Assembly: GCF_009914755.1 (NCBI RefSeq)
Contig: NC_060931.1
Direction: 5' to 3' (one strand)
Source of the DNA: the human T2T-CHM13v2.0 reference genome, Homo sapiens
Length of the DNA: 64,000 nt
Shown: piece by piece, positions 53,788-64,000 of the stretch
How positions within the stretch are numbered: the stretch's first letter is position 1
How the letters are laid out: each line of letters opens with the position of its first letter
Notes under the pieces: generated by a model
Databases searched by the model: none
Seen by the model: the letters and a program-made list of their open reading frames with translations, nothing else
Told to the model about the DNA's origin: nothing
Translations under genes and position numbers: made by a program

Positions 53788-54907
53788 AGTTATTTCAATA
53801 TTTTGTCCTGAAAGTGGTAAGATTTTATCAGAGAAAGGTAATTTTAAATAAGCCATGCTCCTGCGAGCAGTTAAGAGAGAAGAAACATATGAGAATTAGA
53901 AAGCTAGTACTCACTATAAAAAAAATCTAGTTAATGAATATACTTCACTTAAAAATGAGATATTGAATCTACCAGCATGATCTCTAATTTTGGCCTGATG
54001 GTGGAAAGGTAACTTCTATATACAATGAGAATCTATTTATGTAGAACATACCTTCCTTTCTGCAATTAAGTTGGGATATCTGAGATTCTTTATTTTTATT
54101 TTTTAATTGACACATAATAATTGTGCATATTTATGGGGCACATAGTGATGTTTTGATACATGCAATGTATAGTGATTAAAACAGGTTAATATTCACAGCA
54201 TCTCAAACATTTATCATTTCTTTGTAGGGGGAACATTCAATATTCTCTCTTTAGCTATTTGAAATTATATATAATTGATAACTCTAGTCTAGACCGTTAG
54301 AACGTAGTTCTCCTAACTAGCTGTAATTTTGTGTCCTTTGACAAATCTCTCCCTTTCTCCTCCTTTCTCCTACCCTTTCCAGCCTTTAGTAATCTCTGTT
54401 CTACTCTTTACTTCTATACAATCAACTCTTTTAGGTTCCACATATGAATGAGAACATACACCGTTTAACTTTCTGTTACCAGCTTATTTTATTTAACAAC
54501 CGCAGGGTCATTTATGTCACTGCGAGTGACAGGTTTCATTCCTTTTTAAGAGTTAAGCACTTGAGTTGACTAAGTATCTTGGCATTATGAATACTGCTGC
54601 AATAAATATGGGGGTGCAGATATGTCTTTGATATTTTTATTGCCTTCCTTTGGATAAATACTTAGTAGTGGAATTGTTGAATCATATGGTAGTTCTATTT
54701 GTAGTTTTTTAGGAGCCTCTATACTGTTCTTTATAGTGGCTATAATAGTTTACATTCCCACCCACAGTGTATAAGAGTTTCCTACTCTCTGCACCCTCAC
54801 CAACATTAATTTTTTTTCTTTTTGATAATAGCCATTCTAACTGTGGTCAGATGATATCTCACTGTGATTTTGATTTACGTTTCCCTGATGATTAGTGATT
54901 GAACTTT

Positions 54908-55267
<360 letters not shown>

Positions 55268-55894
55268 TCAGATCATTTGCCCATTTTAAAATCAAATTGT
55301 TTATTTGCTGTTGAGATGTTTGATATCCTTGTATATTCTAGATGTTAATGTTCATCAGAGGAATAGTTTGCAAACATTTTCTCCCATTTCATAGGTTGGC
55401 TTTCCACTCTGTTAATTGTTTGCTTTGTTGTGCAGAAGTTTTGTTGCTTGATATAATCACACTTGTTTTTGTTTTTATCACCTGTTCTTCTGAGACCTTA
55501 TTCATAAAACCTTTTCCCAGACCGATGTTCTGAAGCATTTCCCCTATGTTTTCCCCTAGTAGTCTTACAGTATGGGGATTTACATTTAGATCTTTAACCC
55601 ATTTTGAGTTGATTTTTTGCATAAAGTAAGAAATGGAGGTCTGCTTTCATTCTTCTGCATATAGATATCAAGTGTTCCCAGAACAACTTAAGAGGGTGTA
55701 CTTTCCTTAGTGGATATACTTGACACCTTTGTCAAAAGTTAGTTGGCTGCAGCTATGTGAATTACTTCCTGGGTTCTTTATTTTGTTCCATTAATCTTTG
55801 TTTCTGTTTTTATGCCAGTATCATTCTGTTTTGGTTCACATAACTTGGTAGTATATTTTGAAATCTGGTTATGTGATGACTGTAGCTTTGTTTC

Positions 55895-58071
<2,177 letters not shown>

Positions 58072-61000
58072 CAGAATTGCTTTGGCTATTTGGGATTTTT
58101 ATGATTCCACATGGAGTTGAGGATTATTTATTTTTCTTTTTCTGTGAAGAATATCATTGGTATTTTAATAGAGATTAGATTGAATCTGTAGATAGCTTTG
58201 GATAGTATGGCCATTTTATCATTAATAATTTTTCTAGTCCATAAACATGGGATGTCTTTCTGTTATTTTTGTGTGTTCATCAATTTCTTTCATCAGTGTT
58301 GTATCATTTTTCTTATAGAGATTGATCACCTTCTTGGTTAAATTTGTTCCTAGGTAATTTTTGTAGCCATTTTAAATGGGATTTCTTTTTTCAGTTTTTA
58401 TTTCAGCTAGTTCCTTGTTTGTGTATAGAAATTATGTTGATTTTTGTTGGTTGATTTTTTTCTTCTGCAATTTTGCTGACTCTGTTCATTAGTTCTAAAA
58501 GTTTTTGGGAAGAGCCTTTAGATTTTTCTATGCATAAGATTGTGTCATCAGCCAAGAGGAACAAGCTGACTTCTTCCTTTTTAGTTGGGATGCCCTTTAT
58601 TTTATTATCTTGCCTAATTGTTCGAGCTAGGATTTTCAGTATTGTGTTTAATAAAAGGAATGAAAGTGGGCATTCTTCGCATGTTCGATATATTAGAGGA
58701 CAGGCTTTCCGTTTTTCCCTGTACAGTATGATGCTAGCTGTGGGTTCATCATACATGAACTTTATTGTTTTGAGGTATGTTCCTTCTATATCCAGTTTGT
58801 TGAGAATTTTTGTTATAAACAGATTTTAATGTTATCAAATGTTTCTGCATCTATTGAGAAGATCATATGATTTTACTCTTTTATTCTGTTGATGTGATGT
58901 ATCATATTTATTGATTTGCATATCTTGTACCATTTTTGTGTTCCTTGAGTAAATCTCACTAGATCATGGTTTGTGATCTCTTTGACATGTTTTTGAATTC
59001 AATTTGCTAATATTTTGTTGAGGATTGCATCCATGTTCTTCAGGAATATTGGTCTGTAGTTTTTATGGAGTTTTTTTTGTAGTTATTATGTCCTTATTGG
59101 ATTTTGGTATCAGAGTTTTGCTGGCCTTGCACAATTAGTTTGGAAGAATTCCTTCCCCTTCAATTTTTGGAATCGTTTGAGAAGAATTGTTATTAGTTTT
59201 TCAAAATTTTGATAGAATTCAGCAGTGAAGCTGGACTGTGCTGGAATGGTTTTTGTTATTGACTCAATCTTCTTAGTATTGGTCTGTTCATATTTTCTAT
59301 TTCTCCTTGGTTCAATCTTGGTAGGTTGTATATGTCCAGAAATTTACTTTTTCTCTAGGTTGTTCAATTTGTTGGATACAGTTGTTCATTAGAATCTCTA
59401 ATAACCTCTTGCACTTCTGTTCTATCAGTTGTAATGTCTCCTGTTTTATTCCTGACCTTATTTATGTGTGTCTTCTCTCTTTTTAGTCTAGCTAATGGTT
59501 TATTGAATTTGTTTATCTTTCAAAAAAGCTAACTTTTTGTTTCATTGATCTTTTCTATTTTGTTAGTCTCAGTTTTGTTTAGTTCTTTTCTGAGCCTTCT
59601 CATTTCATTCTACCAGTTTTCGGTTTGCTTTATTCTTGCTTTTCTAGTTCTTTAGGGAGCATTGTTAGTTTGTTTGTTTGAAGCTTTTCTACTTTATTGA
59701 TGCAGGCATTTATTGCTATAAACTTGCCTCTTACTACTGCTTTTGCTGCATCCCATAAGTTTTGGTGTGCTGTGTTTTTATTTTAATTTGTTTCAATAAT
59801 TTTTTAAATTTCCTTCTCAGTTTCTTCCTTAATGCATTGGATGTTCAGGAACATGTTGCTTAATTTTTATGTATGCATATTTTCAGATATTCCTCTTGGT
59901 ATAGATTTTTAGTTTTATTCTATTGTGGTCTAAAACATACTTGATGTTATTTCAGTTTTTGAAAACTTTTTGAGATGTGTTTTGTATTCTAACATATGGT
60001 CAAATGTGAAGAATGTTCCATACACTGATGAAAATAATGTTTTCTGCAGCTGTTGGTTGAAATGTTTTGTAAATATCTATTAAGTCCATCTGGTCTATCG
60101 TGCACTGTAACTTTGATGTTTCTTTGTGGATTTTCTGTATAGATGAGCTATCCAATTCTGAAAGTAGTGGGTGGGTTGAAGTTCCTATTACTGTTTTGTG
60201 GCACAACCATCTCTTTAGATCCAGTAGTATTTACCTTATAAATCTGGACCCTCCAATGTTAGATACATATATAATTATTATATCCTCTTACTGAATTGAT
60301 CCCTTATTTATTATACAATGTCCTTTTTGTTTCTTTTTACAATTTTTGACTTAGTCTGTTTTAGTATAGCTACTTTTGCTCTTCTTTGGTTTCTATTTGT
60401 GTGAAATATGTTTTTCCATAACTTCACTTTATATGTTTCTATACAGGTGAGCTGAGTTTCATGTAGACAGTATATAATTGGGTCTTATTTATTCAGCCAG
60501 TGGATATTTTTGATTGTGGAAATATAATCAATTTATACCCAAGGATATTATTAATATGTGAACACTTACTACTGTTTTTTATTCTTTTCTCATCATTTCG
60601 CTTCATATTTTCTCTCTTATTGTTTATTTTTGAAGTTTGATGGTTTTTAGTAGTTATAAGTTGTGACAATGCAGCCACCCATGTGGGCTTGCTGTAATAA
60701 AGATAGAACCTTTCTCTTTCTTTTTTGTACATAAGCAATATTAGTGAGTTTCATAATTTAGTGTGTTTTCATGATGATATTTACTGTCTTTTTGCTTCCA
60801 GATGCAGGACTCTCTTAAGCATTTCTTGTAAGGCCAATCTAGTGATGATAAATTCTTTTAGTTTTTCCTTGCCAGGAAAATAATTTATTTCTTATTCATT
60901 TCTAAAGTGTAGCTTTGCTGGGTGTAGTGTTCTTCACTTTCAATTTTTTGTCTGTTTGTTTTAGTATTTTGAATATATTATTCCGTTCTCACCTGACCTT

Positions 61001-64000
61001 TAAGATTTCTGCTGAGAAATCTGTTAGTGTAATGGGGATTTTCTTATATGTGATTTGATGCTTTTCTCTTGCTGTTTTTAGAATTATTTGTTTATCTTTG
61101 ACTTCTGTCAATTAGACTATAATCTGTCTCAGAGAGGGTCTGTTTGGCTTAAATCTATTTTGTAATCCTTGAGCTTTCTGGATGTGGATATACACCTTTC
61201 CCAAGACTTGGAAGTTTTCAGCTATTATTTCATTTAATAGGTTTTCTATACCTTTTCACTTATTTTCTTGTTTAGGAATTCCCATAATGTGCATATTTGT
61301 TTGCTTAATGGTGTCCCATAAATCCTGTAGGCTTTCTTTGTTTTTTATTCTTTTATGTTGTATATTTTAATTTTGCTCATTGAATTCTTCAGCTGTAAGT
61401 GTTTTGGGTTATTTTTATGATGTCTATTTCTTGGCTTAATTTCTCTTTCAAAACATGAATTGTTTCCCTGACTTCATTTAATTATCTATATTATATCGCA
61501 CTGAATTTCCTTAAGATTATTATTTTGACATTTTTTTCCTGGCATTTCATCTATATCCTGATGATTATTATCTGTTACTAGAAAATTACTGTGTTCTTTT
61601 GGATACGTAATATTTTCCTGCTTTTTAATATCTGATGCATCCCTACACTGATATCTATACATGTGGTAGAATAGTCATCTTTTCCAGTTTTATGGAGTTG
61701 GGTTCATAGAGAAAGACTTATTTCTATAGATGGTCTTAGAATATCAGTTGAATGAGGTGCACGGGCTTTGATTCTAGGTGGATGCAGTAGTGCAGTCTTT
61801 GTACATTTTCTTCAGCAGCAATCCATTTTAGTGATGTTTTCAAATGTCTCAGTGGCCTGGGCTGAATATATGGTGGCAATGCTGTGGCTTTGCAGGAGGT
61901 GAACTCACAGGACTATGTCTCAGGCCAAGGGTACAAACATGAACATGATGGATCAGCCAACTGAGGGTGTGATTCACTATGGTTGGGGTGCAGGGTGGTT
62001 ACTCTGGCTAGGGCCACTGTTGCTTGGTTGTCTCAAGGGTGTGTCCACTGGGCTGTTTCTCAAGCCCTAGATATGGGCACAAGGCCACTCCTGCCAACCT
62101 GATTGTGTGTCTGCTGATGGTGGGCATGCCAAACTGTTTGTCACACTCTGGGCACAGGTACATCACTGCTAGGCCAGTCTGGTGGCATGTTTGCTGGAGG
62201 TGGCCTGTCAGGTTGTTTCTCAGGCCCTGGGTGCAGTTGCAGTGGGTGCTGGTTTCTCTGCTGTGTAGGACAGGAGTCAGTCAATCCTAAACCTAGGTTT
62301 TGAGTAGCCAGAGTTGCGACAACACAGCCACCCATGTGGGCTTGCTGGAATGAAGATACAGCCCCAGTGCTGGGGAGGTAAAGTGGCTACTGGCTCCCAG
62401 AGCATAGTGCTCTCTAGAAGTAGGTCCAGTCTTAAGATTGTACCATGTTGCAGTGGCTTGGGACACAAAGGGTCAGTAGGGAATGGGGAATTCACACCTT
62501 GTTCTCCTAATCAGTAGTAATGCTGCTGTGTGAATTCCTGGCAGCTCTCTAAACTGGGCTCAGGGCTTTCAAGGACTGTGGGATTCTCCTGTAGTAAGGA
62601 CTACAAGTGTTTGTGGTGACAGTGGGGGTTGGTGGAGTTTCTCCACTTACTTTTTTTTCCACGAGGGGAAGTCTCTCTTGACTTCCTGTTGATCTCATCA
62701 TAGGAGACAGGATAGTAGAGGCAGGATGGCTCATTAGTCTCTCTACAGTGCCCTCCTGGACTTCGGAGCACCACAGGGACCTCTCATCTCCCCTGCTGCC
62801 TTCTAGTGCTCTCTCTTCAATACTCCAGTTAAATTCTATCTGTTTATTCTTTGCCTTGTTTCTTTTCTTATGGGGAGGATGAGTGTCATGTGCCTCTAGT
62901 CAGCCATCTTGCTGACTTTACATTACGAACTTTTAAATAGGTATGTTTTAAATAGTTTATATGAAATCCCAGTAAAATCTGTAAACAAACAATTGGACCT
63001 TGATGAAGGTGGAGATGGTCCTGATTTTCTTTATTATCCGGTTATGTCTTTGTTTTTATTGTTGTTTTGTTTTGCCTTCAATTACTATATATTTTTCCTA
63101 AAATTTCAAATTGTTTATGAAAATGTGATTTAAGTATGTCAGTGTGGTTTTGCTCTGAAGGATTACTAAAGGGCACATAGGCCTGTAGGACAGTGTTTTC
63201 TGTAACTCCCTAGAAAGAAGGTTTCTTCATCAGGAGTGTCATTCTATGAAAGAAAGCTTATGTGTTGCTTTCCTAATTCTTAAATAAGAGCAAGATATCA
63301 CAGAAATACTTAACTGTTGTTAACATCTACCTTTTGCTTATCGATGAAAGAGAACATGAGCTATCACATGTGAGTGAAGCAAGGCAGAACGATAAGTAGG
63401 AGAAAGGAATGGTTAGATAGGAAATGCAACTAGAAGGGAAAATAAATGGGAACTCGAATATTTTAAGGACTCCATCTTAACCCATGTTAATTCATAAGAA
63501 AAATCTTACACATTAGGAGAAAAAATAACTAGATGGATAAATACACATGCACATAAAAAAATAACTTTCACAGGATTTTGTCATTAAATACATTTAGAGA
63601 AGTTAGCCTGACCCATACTTCTGATTTCAAAATCCATAAATACCAACATATATAACAAAATGAGATAGTATAGGAATTTGATAGGAATATTTGTTTCTTC
63701 ATATATTAGTAATATTCCACCAGTTCTACCATCCCATTTCTAATATTTGAATAGATGGGTGGTGGCCACTCTAGATATTCATTTTATAAATGCAATTTCC
63801 AACAGTTAGCTGTATCATGTGAGTTTTCCTCTATAGTGCTGACTTTTTCACCAGTGAACTCAATTGGCTGTTTGTTCAAATTCCCCACTGAAGAAACTAA
63901 AGACATGTATTTAAGTTCCTAGTGTAAAAATGTGTTGAGACAATAGATGAATTCATTTACTGAGTATGCTGGCCAGTATGACTTGACACAGATTAACATT

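Overview
AT-rich, CpG-poor primate (most likely human) genomic DNA. Species is inferred from AluY/AluS, L1PA, THE1 and MSTA elements. I recognise no intact protein-coding gene. The longer ORFs in the track are decayed LINE-1 ORF2 fragments, antisense frames of repeats, or chance ORFs. Roughly half the window is interspersed repeat: two near full-length old L1s on the minus strand (15276-22714 with a perfect 16-bp TSD; 54090-62915 interrupted by an AluY and a 2.2-kb young L1PA), a complete THE1 LTR-int-LTR, solo MaLR LTRs, hAT MITEs, and MIR/L2 relics. The notable non-repeat items are a retroposed 5S rRNA pseudogene with a TSD, a ~540-bp orphan polyadenylated retrocopy with a 19-bp TSD, several exon-like segments whose frames carry single stops (possible decayed gene or lncRNA), and a minus-strand recursive-splice-site-like motif. 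I found nothing I can honestly call a new biological system. Subfamily names are from recalled consensus sequences, not from a RepeatMasker run.
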